Program-made: the position numbers and the translations under genes
Notes under the pieces: generated by a model
What the model was told of the DNA's origin: nothing
The model's database searches: none
The model's input: the letters and a program-made list of their open reading frames with translations, nothing else
Part shown: piece after piece, positions 1-13,396 of the stretch
Layout of the letters: each line of letters opens with the position of its first letter
Position numbering within the stretch: the first letter of the stretch is position 1
Source of the DNA: Podarcis pityusensis
Taxonomy: Eukaryota
Length of the DNA: 64,000 nucleotides
Direction: 5' to 3' (one strand)
Assembly (NCBI GenBank): GCA_964106645.2
Contig: OZ067042.1

Positions 1-57
1 AAATATGTGCTACAAAAGCATTTTTTAAGCCAGGGCTCTTCCCCCCACCCAGGACTC

Positions 58-78
58 CACACACACACACACACACAC
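58..78 (+). repeat. (CA)n microsatellite
   Basis: Directly visible CA run. Confidence 0.95.
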
Positions 79-1617
79 GTCATGAACAAAAGAAAACCCT
101 GAAGGAAGCCAAAACTTGTTCTCAAATGAGCTAGCAATCATTAAGCTTCATGAGAGACATTTACAAGATTGCATTCAGTTTGATGTGTGGATCAAAAGGG
201 GCATTACCTCCAAGCACAGGATGGCATGCTTCTTGAATATCCCCACCTGGGCTCACAAGACACCTCATTATCAGTGGTCCGGTCACTTTACCGGACAATA
301 GATGTCAAAATCCTCCTTACTCCTTGCAAGGGTGATATCACTGGCTAACAGTGGAAACCTATGCATGTTTACTAGGAAGTTACATCTGGAAAACCAGCAC
401 ATAACTAGTAGTTACGGTGGTGACAGAGGACAGACCTCCATTTAAAGGTCTATCCAGTCCTCATCCAGTTTAAAAGATAATAAACCATATAAGGAGGGAG
501 AGAAGCTGCGGTTAATGTATTATATATTTTGCAAATTTTTAAAGTTCTGGTGATGGTTTTTAGCTGCTTGGGTGCTCCTTGCATGCCAAAAACTGGGATA
601 AAGAGAAAAACAAATATAAATATTGGAGAAAGAATTTAGTTAGGGGCAGCTTGGTGCAAGTAAGTTCCCTAGAGACCTGTAATTTATGGCATACATCCAG
701 CACGGTACTGTGATGAAAGAGAATTCTCACCTCCAGCCAAAGATCTGGTCAGCTTGGGCTGGACAACGAACTGCTGACTGACTGACTGACTAATATGGGA
801 AGCTATGCATGTTAATCAGACACTTTTACTTTGTTAAACAAAATAGAGAATAGCTGTAATACACATTGAGACAGAGACAGTCAAGTTCCTCTCTCAAACT
901 TGTTCTTTAGCAACATTTTGACTGGTCTAATAAAGGCATTGCATTGTAAAGTATAATCTGTAGTATAGTATGGAGTATATTAAACTCAAATAAGGGTAAA
1001 GTTAGTTGCCCACCTTCAATATGGTACATATTTAAAGACCAAGTCTGCAAAGATGTATCTATCACAGCATCTTAAGCAATACGTATTTTACGACTGGGAA
1101 GAGGCTACAATTAGAAAACCCTTTCCAGCTATCACAATCCACAATTCTACAGAAAAAGAGGAAAAAGAAGCCTTCATTGTTTCAGAGCAGAGAAAAATAT
1201 TCTTCTTTCGTGCAGCATTTGTAAAAAAAAACTTCTCCATAGACATGTTTAATTGGTTCCATCTATCAAAAGATTTTATTTATAGGATGGACAGCTTCTA
1301 GAGAAAGAGAGAGAAACGGAGAGAGGGAGGGAGGGAGGGAGACTTGACTCATCCAAACTGTCTAATTTAACATGGATTGAGTTCCTTCCGACACTTAGCA
1401 GGAAGGTTCCCAAAAGACATTTGCCCTTCTTTGACTCTCCCGATTAAAGTAGAGGAAATACAAATGTGAATGCACCAGTGGAGGAGGGGGACGAGAATAA
1501 TCGTGGTATTATTAAGTTCCATTGTCAATCGTGAAAAAAAGACCAGGCTAGTTGAGATGAAATTTCTACTGGTTTCTTTTTAAAGAGAGAGTGCTTAGGA
1601 TTCAAATCAGTCTAGGA

Positions 1618-1753
1618 CAGTGATGGCCAAACTTGGCCCTGCAGCTGTTTTTGGACTACAACTCCCATCACCCCCAGCTAACAGGACCAGTGGTCAGGGA
1701 TGATGGGAATTGTAGTCCCAAAACAGCTGCAGGGCCAAGTTTGACCATCACTA
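1618..1753. mobile_element. Palindromic non-autonomous hAT-type MITE ('ggactacaactcccatcatccc' family)
   Basis: Near-perfect foldback: CAGTGATGGCCAAACTTGGCCCTGCAGCTGTTTT...AAAACAGCTGCAGGGCCAAGTTTGACCATCACTA. Flanked by GTCTAGGA (1610-1617) and GTCTAGGG (1754-1761), a 7/8 match to an 8-bp TSD. Decayed relatives lie near 13770-13900, 17560-17680, 21870-21990, 28265-28380, 41000-41110, 42290-42400, 43410-43520 and 53700-53780. Confidence 0.85.
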
Positions 1754-2943
1754 GTCTAGGGGAATTTGCACTCTCCACTCCTCTATGGAAAACGTATGCA
1801 TGTGTTCAGGGGCACCCTTCAACATCACAAAGCTCATTAAAAATAAGCTATTTAGGAGACTGGATTCCTAACAAAAGATTAAGCCCAACAACCCTCTCTC
1901 ATTGTTTCTATTAAATGTTGTTTTGAGAGAACATACTTAAAATAATGTCTTCAAAAGCTGGGAGTTTTTCTATACTGAAGTCATTTCCATATAGAAAATA
2001 TAATGCAAGGAATACACAGATTATCAAACAAGCAATAATCATACTTTTCTTCTTGTCTTCCCATATACATCTGGTTGGCCACTGAGGCTGCTGGCTAGGG
2101 GTGTGTGGGTGTGGGTGTGGGTGTGTAAGAGAATCATACACATATACATGAATGCCAGGACTGTCTGTAACATAGACATGATTGCCAGCAATTAAATAGT
2201 TTCCTCAGATAATATATTACTTTACATCTTGAACAGCCATTTAGGTTTCTAGATAAATGGGAGCTTTCTTAATTTACCCAGTTTATGTTTCCTATATTAC
2301 TTCACGAAATCACAATCCACTTAACCTAATTAAACAAAATAACTGAAACAAAAAATATGATCCATCTGTACTCAAATGGCTACCTTCCTCATGGTCAAGT
2401 CAATAGGAGCATGAACTACATTTAGAGCTGTGCTGGCTGGAGAGTTGAAAGGAGAAACATTTTTATGAAAAAACTCTCTCACACACACACCCCGCACATT
2501 AAAAAGGCACTTCCCCTTCAGGCAATTTCTTCAAAAGTGAGCTAAAGCAGTTGCTTATGTAGGAAGCATGCCCTTACTCTGAAATGGCTTTATTTGCCTT
2601 CAATGATGTCAGCAACATGCAGCCAAATCAAATCGGCTCATCATCTTATGCAATTAATGATTTGGCTTATATCATTATAGAAATGAGAAAGAGGGAGTAT
2701 CAGGACAGCAACCAATATGGAAACAACAGCAGTGAACAACTTCAGGAAAGTGTAAAAATTCCCACCAAAGTCCAATCTAGAATATGGGGCACTTCGTCTA
2801 ATTAGGAATTGGGGAACATTGAGCATAGTCCTAACTACAACACACTCCTCAGATTATTGCTGTTCCTCCATCTGTTGCTGAAATGTCAAGCTATCCTGTG
2901 AATAAAAGTTTAACCTGGCTAGTTTTGAGGATGTTCTGACTAA

Positions 2944-3323
2944 AAAAAGGTAAAGGTAAAGGACCCTTGACAATTAAGTCCAGTCGCAGATGACTCTGGG
3001 GTTGCAGTGCTCATCTCGCTTTACAGGCTGAGGAGCCGGCGTTTGTCCGCAGACAGTTTTCCCGGGTCATGTAGCCAACATGACTGAACCGCTTCTGGAG
3101 CAACGGAACACCGAAACCAGAGCAGCGCACAGAAACGCTGTTTACCTTCTCACTGGAGCAGTACCTATTTATCTACTTGCACTTTTTGGCGTGCTTTTGA
3201 ACTGCTAGGTTGGCAGGAGCTGGGACCAAGCAACTGGAGCTCATCGCATCACAGGGATTCGAACCACCGACTTTCTGATCGGCAAGCCCAAGAGGCTCAG
3301 TGGTTTAGACCACAGCGCCACCC
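2944..3323 (-). mobile_element. Sauria SINE (Squam1), near full length
   Basis: Minus strand reads GGGTGGCGCTGTGG...GGTTCGAATCCC (tRNA-derived A/B boxes)...CCTAGCAGTTC...GCAAGTAGATAAATAGGTAC...(ACCTTT)n tail. 12-bp TSD TGTTCTGACTAA at 2932-2943 and 3324-3335. Confidence 0.95.
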
Positions 3324-6300
3324 TGTTCTGACTAAGGGTATGCAAAAACCCCTATTTAAAGTATGTAATATTTTTAAAGAGGAAGTGGCATTGCTCACTT
3401 TCATCCAGCCTTTTCTTCAACGTGGTACAATAAGCAACACAGAAACAAGGTAACAAGTATTATCCATTGAAGCTGCAAATGGGATCAATTTCTTGATTCT
3501 AGTTCCATCTATACTCCATACATTTTTATCCTTATCCATGTCTGCCTGTCCTTTTTCATCTGGTTCTACTGACCCCCCTGCCAAATCTAATGTTTGTTTG
3601 TTTTTATTCACAACCAATTTTACAAAGGTTAGCCAATTCTCCATTTTAAATTGCAGCAGGTGCTTTAATGGGGATCTGTCCAATACACAGTTAGCAAGAC
3701 TAGTAACTTAAAATAAGTGGCGATTCTCTAGTCCCACTGATATTTGACACAGTGAGTGCTCATGTCGTATCTCTGGCCTTGCCTTCTTTTATGTCTTTTT
3801 CTTTTGAAAATCTCTAATCAGAGAAATTCATTAGTTCTCCAGGCTCTCCACCCTCAATCACTTTAGATTTGTTGGTTTCAGAGATGACATTCAGCCAAGA
3901 AAAAGTTGAGACAGAGGAAAGGGTGAAGTCAGATTCCTTTCCCCAACCACCTCAACTTCTTGGAAAATTGGCTCACAGTCTACAGACTCCAATCAACTAG
4001 GTTACAGGTAGAAAAAGTTAAGGCAATGGTATTCCACACACAGATGTGTGAAACCACTTGGAGGGCATCCAAGAAGCTGCCAGACACAAGTTCCCCAACA
4101 GCTGGAGAACACCTAAATACTTTGGCACTTGACCCATTTCAACTGGCCAAAGCAAGTGTGGATTTTTTTAGCTGTGCTTTGAGATAGAAAAGGGATAGAG
4201 GCTGATCTTTTAAAGAGAAGGCAGGATTGAAGAGTGGAAGAACATTCCTAAAGGTGGCAGTTTGGTTTAGAGATGTTTAGGAGCAGGAAACTATTAGACC
4301 AGGTGTTCTCTCTATGCTCAGTTCAAGTGTTCTCAAAGTGCACTCAGGGCAGAACTTTTACATCTTGGCAGCCACAGTTCTTCCAAATTACTTTTGCTGA
4401 GGTAACATAAATGTGGAGAAAGCTGGAAGGGAGAGATGTCCCATCTACTGATTCTCTCCAGAAAACAGCTCCCCACAGGCATCTTTCCCCCTAGCCAGAA
4501 GGGGGAAAGGAAGGGGATAAGAACAGCCCAGGGTGTATTTGCAGGGGAGAACTGGTGAGCAGAGGCAGAATTAGGGGAGGCGGAGGGAAGACAAGTAAAA
4601 AGAACAATTTTTTTTGGCATGAGAGCATTAAATACAGAAGAGACCGGGGGTGGGGAGATTGCTTTCTCAAATGGCTTACATACAGTAATTTCCTCTCATT
4701 TAACTTTTTTCCTGCAAAAGGCTGCTCATACACATGGACTTTTACTGAAGCTCCAATTGCCTGCATCTTGCCATCGCAACAAATGCAGCCAGGTAATACT
4801 GCACGGTGCCAAACAGAGAGAGAATTTGGCTCAGAGTCTTAACATTTTAGAGGTGCAAGCCTCCCTTTCTCAACCTCCATCTCACACCTAGGCAGTTGTA
4901 TGTATTCCCATGGCCATATACACAAAAAAGTATCCAATGGGCTGCAAACTTTGCTTTCTATTAAACTGCTGAAAGACATAATTTGATACCTGAAAGAGCT
5001 TTGAGTTTTCTAAACCAAAGCCGCGCCTAATGAGGCACACATGGCCTTCAGTGTTAGCCACGCAAAATCCAAGGACAAATCTTTGTCTCTAATTTTTCAG
5101 ACTGTCTTTTCCTTTCAATGCCATCCAGATTGTTTGTTCCCTGCAACCCCCTCCCCCAATATTTCTTAGAACTTAAGACAAGGGAAAATATGCCTCTTAC
5201 AGAGGCAAGACTAACTCTTCTCACATCTGTCTTGATCCCTGCAAGATGTACACCCACAGGAGCAGGCTCTAGTGCCAACTGTAAATCCCTAACTTATTAT
5301 GTTCAGGGTGAGAAAGTGTGTGCTATGCAATGGGCAAGGTTAGCACATGCTCCAGGAAGCCATTCTAGCCATCAACACTTCATTGCTTTGGAACATCGCA
5401 TGGTAGTATCAGCCAGGCTCTAATTTATTAGAACTCAAATGTTTCCAGATTAATCTGGGATGCATGTGCATGAATGGCATATAGGCATTCTAGCCATCAA
5501 CTGGGTGCCATAAGAATGATGCATATAATACTATGCTAACCTAACCAGAGATCTCATACTGATAAGCTAGAGGTAAAAAGAAGGTCATATAACTAAAACA
5601 ATTGTTATGGCAGACATTGTTTACAGCAAACATGATTGATCAACCAATAAAGGTTAACCACGCTAATATACCATATGGTGCCAAAATTAATTCCTAATTT
5701 ATTCCTTATCTACATGTCCCTTTAGAGGAGAGCAGGTGTGTATGAAATTCTAAGCCAGTACTAGCAACAACCTGTTGAGTGAACTGTAGTAGTTCCCAAC
5801 GTTCATCTGTGAGTGACAGGGTAATCAGCAGTATCCAAATGAATGCAAGAAGTTGATCAAGAACTCTTTTTCTTGGCATATGCTGTTTTCATTTTGTGAG
5901 CTACACCAAGCAATCCCAAACTGTCATCTGAACTCTGAATACTGCCTCATTAGATGGCTTTTTCCACAAACTAACTTCACTTCAATAAACATAAAAGTCA
6001 CTTCCAACTCTTCTACAGTATCAAATTTTCCATCTACATAACAGCCAAACCAACAATGATAAGGAAGTGAGGGTAGCAAAAATGCTGTCAAGAATGTAGT
6101 CACCAAGGAGAGGTTAGAATTGGATAGGTGTTTATAGTAGTTTGTCGACCATATTTCAAACATGGTAAGTCTAAAAGCACAAGCACACAAAGACAATTTG
6201 AAGTAAGTTTGTTATCAACATTCCTGCTTCTGAAAGCTCCACTCATCACAATGAGCACTGGGTGTCAGCAATATCAGGGCTCTTCATCAACACAGCTGGC

Positions 6301-7329
6301 TTGAAGCTGCAGCTGGTGAGTGAGGAAGGCTGTCACTTTTACCCTTCAAATGAGACACCGTTCAAAACAGTATCAAAGGTGGTGTTGAGGCATAATGCCA
6401 CATTGTAAAAGCAGGTGCGGAGGAAGGTTATCAACGGTAACCAAGGTGGTCAGCATGTAGCAATGCTCTCTTTTATAATGGAAAGCAATCAATAGCTCAG
6501 ATGGCACAGAACATCCTACTTCTGCAAAAGCAATTCTATTTTGTGTCGTGCCAGCACCTGACATGTATGAATAATGAAAAAGCATGGGTGGATAAACTGC
6601 AATTACGGAAGTAATGAGTATTTGAAGAATATGCAAGCACCCCTGCTCAAATGACTTCAAGCACAATCCACCTCTGGCAGGCCCCTTGCTTCAATTCTGT
6701 TGGCAGCTTCACCCACCCAAATCCCACTTCCTCAAGGCTGTGCTTACTAGGTTTTTTGTAGCTCAAAGTAATTAGTGCCAACGTTGCTGTTTGCACCCAT
6801 GACCTTGAGCTGCAAGGTCTGTGGCAACAGAAACAGCTGAAGCAAGCCCAAGGTCAACGCACCTATGTAGACTGATGGGACAAGAGGGTCTTCAGCATAG
6901 CTCGCTTTTTACCACACATATACCCAAGCCACTGGCAGGCATTCAGTATTCTAAAAATTTCTTTGGAAGTGTGTGAAGAACATTATGTCTCCATGGATTT
7001 TTGTCAGTCACATCAAGATTTTGTGAGCATCCTTCAACTCTCAAGCTTCTGCAAGTACAATGAAGAAAAGCTCACAAAACATGGCTGATTTTCGAGCCGA
7101 ATGAGGGGGTGTTGAAGCTTCCCTACTTTCAGTCAGACTATGACTATACTCTTAGTCCATCTCTATGTACTACCACACCCCCACAGGCCACACACACACA
7201 AATAAAAAAGCAGCTAGCAATGGGAGGTTATGAAATAATTCCAAGAAAACGGCAAGTTTTCTGGAAGATTAAGCAAACAAAAGCCCTCACACACTGTCAA
7301 GTCTCAACAAAAATGAGAACTAGAAACAT

Positions 7330-7335
7330 CACACA

Positions 7336-7391
<56 letters not shown>

Positions 7392-7396
7392 GGAGA
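7330..7396 (+). repeat. Compound (CA)n(GA)n microsatellite
   Basis: Directly visible; it explains the HTHTHT/RERERE stretch of ORF 7109-7630. Confidence 0.95.
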
Positions 7397-7994
7397 GTTG
7401 AAAAGTGGCCACAGTCAGGAGGCCAGATGTGTCATAATACTAATGAGCAAGTCTTAGCCTCTGTATTAGCCCTCTACAGTTTTTATAGACAGTGGTTTCC
7501 AAACTTTTTTAAAAGGCCCTGTTCCCTTTTAAAATTAAAATATGCTCAGTTCTGTCCACACTCTAGTCCACCAACCCTGATGCTCATAACCTCTCTGTAT
7601 TCTCCAGGTAGCCCCCGTTTCTTGAAATAAGAAGAAACTGTGGGCAGGTGGCCAGATACAGCTGCATTCCTTGGCTTCTCAGGACCTAGCATGAAAGCTT
7701 CAGACAGGCTTCTATTTTATTCCACCCCAAGCTCCCATCCCTCATTGTACACCATCATTATATTTTTCTTATGGGATGGCACTTTATAAATACTCTCATA
7801 GGTAAACGAATCACTCGGTAGGCAAGTCAGCTCCACACAGGCCTTTAAAAATGGGTTCATCAGGAAGGAAGCACCATATGCCACACCCTAAATGCTGTTG
7901 CTCCTGAGCTTGCTGGTCACCTGAGAGTACCTACCTTTGCAAGCAGTCTAACTTTGCAAGATATTAAGAGGCATACAGGCAGTATACAGTTAAC

Positions 7995-8455
7995 ATGACT
8001 ATTAGCCATTCTCCATGAATTTGACTAATCCCCTTTTAAAGAAATTCAAGTTGGTGGGCATTACTATATCTTGTGGTAGGGAATTCCATTGACTATCTGC
8101 TGCATGAAGGACTTGCTTTTGTCTTTCCTCCTGAACCTCCCAACATGTAACTTCATTGGAGGACCCTGACTACTAGTATTATATGAGAGGCAAACATCTG
8201 TCTATCCACTTTCTTCACATAGTGCATAATTGTACAAACCTCTATAATCTCCAGACCCTTACCTCCCTCCCCTCCCTTAACCAAGAAGCCTCCCCATTAC
8301 AGTAACTTTATCTCAAAGGGGAGTTGTCCCTGCCCCCAGCCCCAAGCACTTTCTTCTGCACATTTTCAAGCTCTATAATCTCTTTTTTGGAGATTATACA
8401 AGAACTGTGTATAGTACTGTATTCCAAAAACAGTTGTATGATAAATTTGGAAAAA
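7995..8455 (-). mobile_element. Decayed CR1 LINE, 3' part of ORF2
   Basis: Reverse complement of the same CR1 segment seen at 11265-11875 (e.g. TCCATGAATTTGACTAATCCCCTTTTAAAG, AACTTCATTGGA, CTATCCACTTTC, AGAACTGTGTATAGTA). Many indels and stops. Confidence 0.8.
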
Positions 8456-9149
8456 GATACTGTCTTAATGTTTATTGTAAGCCGATTTGGATAGTTTACT
8501 GAGGAAAAGCAGAATAACTAAATGGGGGGGAGGAGATTCAAGAGATTTGTCATCGTATTGTGGATATGGTGAATATTATTTATATAGTTACACCATGCTG
8601 CAGAACTAACTTAGGGATTGTGAAATCGCTTTAACACTTTTTTCTTGGGAAATGTGAAGTGGATTAGGGAAATTTTGTTCAGGACATTATGAAATAGGTT
8701 ATGTCAACACTGCTAGGATTTGTGCAGTATAATTTGTAAACTATGTCCCATTTGTAATTTTTTAAAGAAACAGTTGACTATCACATTTACTGTAATTGAC
8801 TTCTCAGGTGTATCCATGTGGGACATCATCAAATGCAACTGTCATTAGATGGGTACTCTTTAAAATGACCCTTAAAGGCCTGAGGAATGATTAATACCCT
8901 TGGTCCACTTTAATTTTGGAATATATATTTACATAATTGCTTCTAATGCTTCTTTGTCTTCATACAGGTCTCTTGAGGAGAATGATGGCAAAACACAGAA
9001 GAATATCAAGAGACAGCATTACAGTGGATCATAATACCATTTCTTAAAAACTAACAACTGCCATAGTAAAATCCAAATACTCAAGAGTATGATGGAAGAT
9101 AGAAATCACCTTTCACCTAAAGAATTGAGAGGGAGAGGGGGTGGGAGAC

Positions 9150-9600
9150 TGATGGGGAAAGAAGAAAAAGGGAGGGAGAGAAAGAAATCTGAGAATATGT
9201 TAGAGGAGACAAAGAGACAAGATGGGAAGCTTAGTGCATGAATGGATACAACAGACAAGTAAAATGCCAAATGCAGATTGAGAAAATAATGGATTGACAA
9301 GGCTTGTGCTAGCCAGCCTGTAGACAAACACAAATGTGAGGACTGAACAGATAGCAAAACAAAGGGACAAGTTAAAAGGAATAGAACATGAAATAAGACA
9401 TAACTTTAAAATGAAACTTGCTGAAATAATTGGAAAGGCTCAAAGAATAGTTGGTCGATTTTCTTGGTATACAGCAAAACTGTACAACTGGTATAGGAGG
9501 CTGCAAACAGCATTAATTCTGGAACACTGAAGCAAGTAAATAAGCCAGTGGAGGATCTGCAATATAGGAGATGAAAGGTAGAACTGATCATCTTGGAGTT
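9150..9600 (+). mobile_element. Possible very old L1-like ORF1 remnant
   Basis: Purine/A-rich stretch. Translation ..KLKGIEHEIRHNFKMKLAE.. loosely resembles the coiled-coil plus 'ENRSRRNNLRI.GLPE' motif of L1-clade ORF1. Weak. Confidence 0.25.
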
Positions 9601-9669
9601 AAGGTTGTATGTTTAAGTAGTTTAGAAGACCAGGAACTTCATACAGAAACTTATTTATATCTTGGGCAA

Positions 9670-9792
9670 AGGCCACTTCTCAGTGGTTGAGTTTGCATAA
9701 GGTTCAATGCTGAATCACTGGCACCTCAAGGGCAGGCTGGGAATGACCCCTGTATGTAACCCTGGAGAGTTGCTGCCAGTCAGTAGACATAC
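9670..9792 (+). mobile_element. Decayed Squam2-like tRNA-derived SINE
   Basis: GGCAGGCTGGGAATGACCCCTG...CCTGGAGAGTTGCTGCCAGTCAGTAGACA body, shared with the copies at 21180 and 36550. Confidence 0.6.
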
Positions 9793-9794
9793 AG

Positions 9795-10190
9795 GCTTAA
9801 GAAGAGCCTACTAGATCAGGCCAATGGCCAGTGCTTTTTTTCTAGGAAAATAGGTGCCATGAAGTTGTTAAGGTAAGTGCCACACTTTTTAACAACAAAA
9901 AGGGGTGCGTACCCTGGAATACTCCCGGGGGGGGGGGGCACTGCCAATGGCCAATCTAGTCCAGCATCCTTTTCTCACAGTGCTGAATCAGATGCCTGTG
10001 GGAAACCTGCAAGCGTAATTTGAGTACAAAAGCACTTTCCCCTTGTGTGGTTTTCAGCAATTAGTATTCAGAAGCTTTACTGCCTCCAACTGTGGATGGA
10101 GAGCATAGCCATCATGGCTCATAGACTTCAATAGCCCTCTCCATGAACTTGTCCAATTATTTTAAAGCCATCTAGATTAGTGGCCAAACG
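9795..10190 (-). mobile_element. CR1 LINE 3' UTR/ORF2 end, interrupted by a MITE
   Basis: TAAGAAGAGCC..TAGATCAGGCCAATGGC | CAATCTAGTCCAGCATCC..TCTCACAGTG..CAGATGCC..GGGAAAC is the reverse complement of the CR1 tail at 11760-11875. Confidence 0.85.
9829..9943 (+). mobile_element. 115-bp hAT-type MITE nested in CR1
   Basis: Termini CAGTGC...GCACTG with a perfect 8-bp TSD CCAATGGC at 9821-9828 and 9944-9951. Same family as 18234-18361. Confidence 0.9.
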
Positions 10191-11264
10191 GTTGATCCAT
10201 ATAGTTAGTCAAAGGTCTATCCCAATCTATCCCTGAGTAGGGATCCCATGCCACTTATCTGCCTATAGCCTGCCATTCTCTCCCCATCTCCCATTCTAGA
10301 GATCTGTAATTGATATCCAGGGTACCAGAGAGAGCAAGCACAAATTTGTATATAAAAACAATATAGTACCTGCAATAACCTTCTTTGGAGAATCAGATAA
10401 GCTGGACATCCAGACTTCAAAGTCCAAGAAAAGAAGCAGCAGAGAAATAAGAAAAGCAGAAGAAGAGGCATTAGAAATACAGAGAAGCAGTTTTATGGCC
10501 CAGCAAATACTGAACAGCTTTTTTTTTTTAATGTGCACACAGAGGAACTATTTCCATAAAGCTCACAGCAAGGAAACAACCAAGGAGGTTGCTAAAAGAA
10601 GAGCATAAGAAGGCACAAAGTTATCCCTGTGGTAGAGTTTCATTAGTGACAGATATAGGCAGGGGATTATGTAACTTTGGTCTAAATCAGAAAGGTTTTG
10701 CTTTGTTTTTGAATAACTTATTAGCAATTTTAACAAGCATAATACAAACAACTGAGACAAATGGGGGGGGGAGTGGGAAGTTGTTGACATAGGAATGATT
10801 CACAGAAATGGTGCACCTAAGGCATCTCAGGGCCTACACTTACAGTCCCGCAGCACAGAAGGGTCCTAAGTGAACATCCTGGGTGAGGGGCTGTGCAAAA
10901 AAAGGCTCCGTATCGGAACCTGGCAATGGGATGATGCTTTCTTATTTTAAAAACATTCTGTAATCACGGACTACATGGCATGTACATGGCACAAATACTC
11001 ATTATTATTATTTTAAAATAAAAAATGCATTATTCTTTTATACAACACAATGTTGCATATAGCCAAGTAAATCAGGGAAGTAGAAGCAAACTTCATTTTA
11101 TTCCAGTAGTCATGATTATGCTATGATGTTTATATAGTCTGACTGTGGTTGCTGTATATCAGTGGAACAGATTCCAGTAGGGCTTGCATTTGGTGCCAAA
11201 TGTTGAAGGTGCCAAACGTAAGCCTTGCTTGCAGAGGAACAATCGGCAGCACACTCTGCAACTG

Positions 11265-11875
11265 CATTTGTTTGGAATACTGTGCACAATTCTGGTCCCC
11301 TCTCCTGAAAAAGAATATTGCAGAACTGAAAAAAGCTCAGAAAAGGGCAACCAAAATGATCAAGGTGGCAGAGCAACTCCCCATGAGGAAAGGTTGCAGC
11401 ATTTGGGACTTCTAGTTTAGAGAAAACGGTTACATGATGGGAGTTTATAAAATTACACATGGCATGGATAAAGTAGATATGAGAGAGGGAGAAAAACCTC
11501 TCTGTTAACACTAGAACTTATGGACATCCAATGAAGTTGAATGTTTTAGGACAGATTTTTAAAAAGCAATTCTTCACATGGCGCATAGTCACTCTCATGG
11601 AAGGCCATGATGGACACCAACCTGGATAGCTTTAAAAGAGAATTTGACAAATTTGTGGAGGATAATAGCTATTGGCCATGATGACAGCATCATTGGCAGT
11701 ACATCCCCGAACACCAGTTGCTGGAAACTGCAGGAGGAAAGAGCACTGTTGCACAGGACCTGAGTCCTGCTTGTGGGCTTCCCATGGGCATCTAGTTGGC
11801 CACTGTGAGGGCAGGGTGCTGATGGGCCTAATCTGCCCAAAGAGCTGGAAGTCCCCCATACTTGTTCTATCAGAA
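11265..11875 (+). mobile_element. CR1 LINE, 5'-truncated (ORF2 C-terminus + 3' UTR)
   Basis: Translation LEYCAQFWSPLLKKNIAELKKAQKRATKMIKVAEQLP/HEERLQHLGL matches the canonical CR1 ORF2 end. It is followed by GHPMKL.. and MDTNLDSFKREFDKFVED-like segments and a typical 3' UTR. Frameshifted. Confidence 0.92.
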
Positions 11876-12594
11876 ATGTAGAAGCAGTTGTAAAGCATGG
11901 AACAGCAAGTGAGGAGGAGGAAGAGAAATGTTACTTGTGTGCTTCACAACTGATGTCATGACAATCTAATTCTCCCATCCAATGGCTCAACACCACTGAG
12001 TCCAGGATCTAAAATTACTTAGCTGCACCATTGTCCACAAGACCCTCTGAGTATGTAGTGCAGCAATAAAACTGGATTTGCAAAGCTAAGCAGGGTCCTG
12101 TATGGACTGAAGCCATCCAGATAGACACTGACATTGTTCTTAAGGCAAAGGTATGATTAGAGTACTTCAGCACAAACACAGACTGGAGGTCACCCTGTGA
12201 ATTTAGCACCTCAATTCAATCCACTCTATCCTGAGCCAAGACTAGAGCTGTTGGTTTATTAACCAATTTTAAAATGTATTTTTAAGTTGGTCAATAAGCA
12301 GGTGATCAGCTAAACATTAATTATTATCACCAAAGCCTCTGTTTTCAGTACCTTTTGGAGGGAACTGAAGTTTAAAAGATTTGAATTGTAAGCTAAGCTT
12401 TACACCTACCATTTGTGACCAAAATAAATAGACTCTCAAGTATTATTTGACCTGCCTGACTTTGAGTTGTGCCAGAATGGAAGCTAGTGCAGATCCAGGG
12501 CAGTGTCCAAATATACCCAGCATGCACCTGCAAGGCCATCACATGAAACAGTAAAAATGTTACTTGGAAATCACACTAGGTTGGTAGCAAAACC

Positions 12595-12632
12595 CTGTAC
12601 CTCAGTTCATTCATCTGTAAAATGGAAAATTA
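12595..12632 (+). mobile_element. MIR/CORE-SINE core remnant
   Basis: CTGTACCTCAGTTCATTCATCTGTAAAATGG resembles the CORE consensus (CTGTGCCTCAGTTTCCTCATCTGTAAAATGG). Confidence 0.55.
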
Positions 12633-13357
12633 AGCCACACATTCTTGAATGAGCTTCTGTCTCTGGGAGAGAAGGTATTGTTCCATTCTGAAAGTCTTGA
12701 CCAAGTGTACAAGGGTTGACTCTGGTTACTTACTGGCACGGGGTGGGGGGAGCATTCTGCACATGTTCAGTATGCTCAAAGACATTGTTATTTTAGATGT
12801 TCCAGGAACTGAGGCCTGGCTAACCCTTTGCCATGAGGCTTTTATTTTAAAAGGAGTTCATGCATTAGAAGGAGCTCACACATGGCAAGTTTAAAAACAC
12901 TAAACCAAATATGTACATACTGTGTCTAGCTATTGAGGTTTCTCTGGATAAAGAGAAACAGAGGTGACAGTATAATGAAATAAAGCCACAGAATAATTCC
13001 ATCCAGGGAAAATACTCCAGAACTCCCCAACTACCCCAAACAGAGTTTGCACTGACCATGCCAAACCAATATTGAAAGAGCCAAAAAACAGGCAATGATG
13101 AAAAATATCTGGAATAAGAAAATGCATAGAGCTTATGGTTCTATTGGAACCATATGCTCCCGCAGTGGCACAAGATACAGTTTTTAAAATAGTATGCAAC
13201 TGACCTACTTGGTGAGGGGGGTGGTGAGATTTCTATCCATGACTGGTTTTTTTGAAGGAGCAGCTGAAGTGCAACCAAGCTATTCACACAATTGCCATTT
13301 AATCAGATTGCCCTGAATGCTAATTGGTTGTAAATTTTTAAAAGAAGCATTTCCCCC

Positions 13358-13359
<2 letters not shown>

Positions 13360-13393
<34 letters not shown>
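13360..13393 (+). repeat. (CA)n microsatellite
   Basis: Directly visible. Confidence 0.95.

Positions 13394-13396
<3 letters not shown>

Noticed and set aside
5850-7100. Coding-like composition, possibly a decayed element
   Set aside because: No diagnostic motif in any frame I could read; left unannotated.
7109-7630. 173-aa ORF
   Set aside because: It runs through a (CA)n(GA)n microsatellite and the start of a hAT-like fragment, with no domain or splice support.
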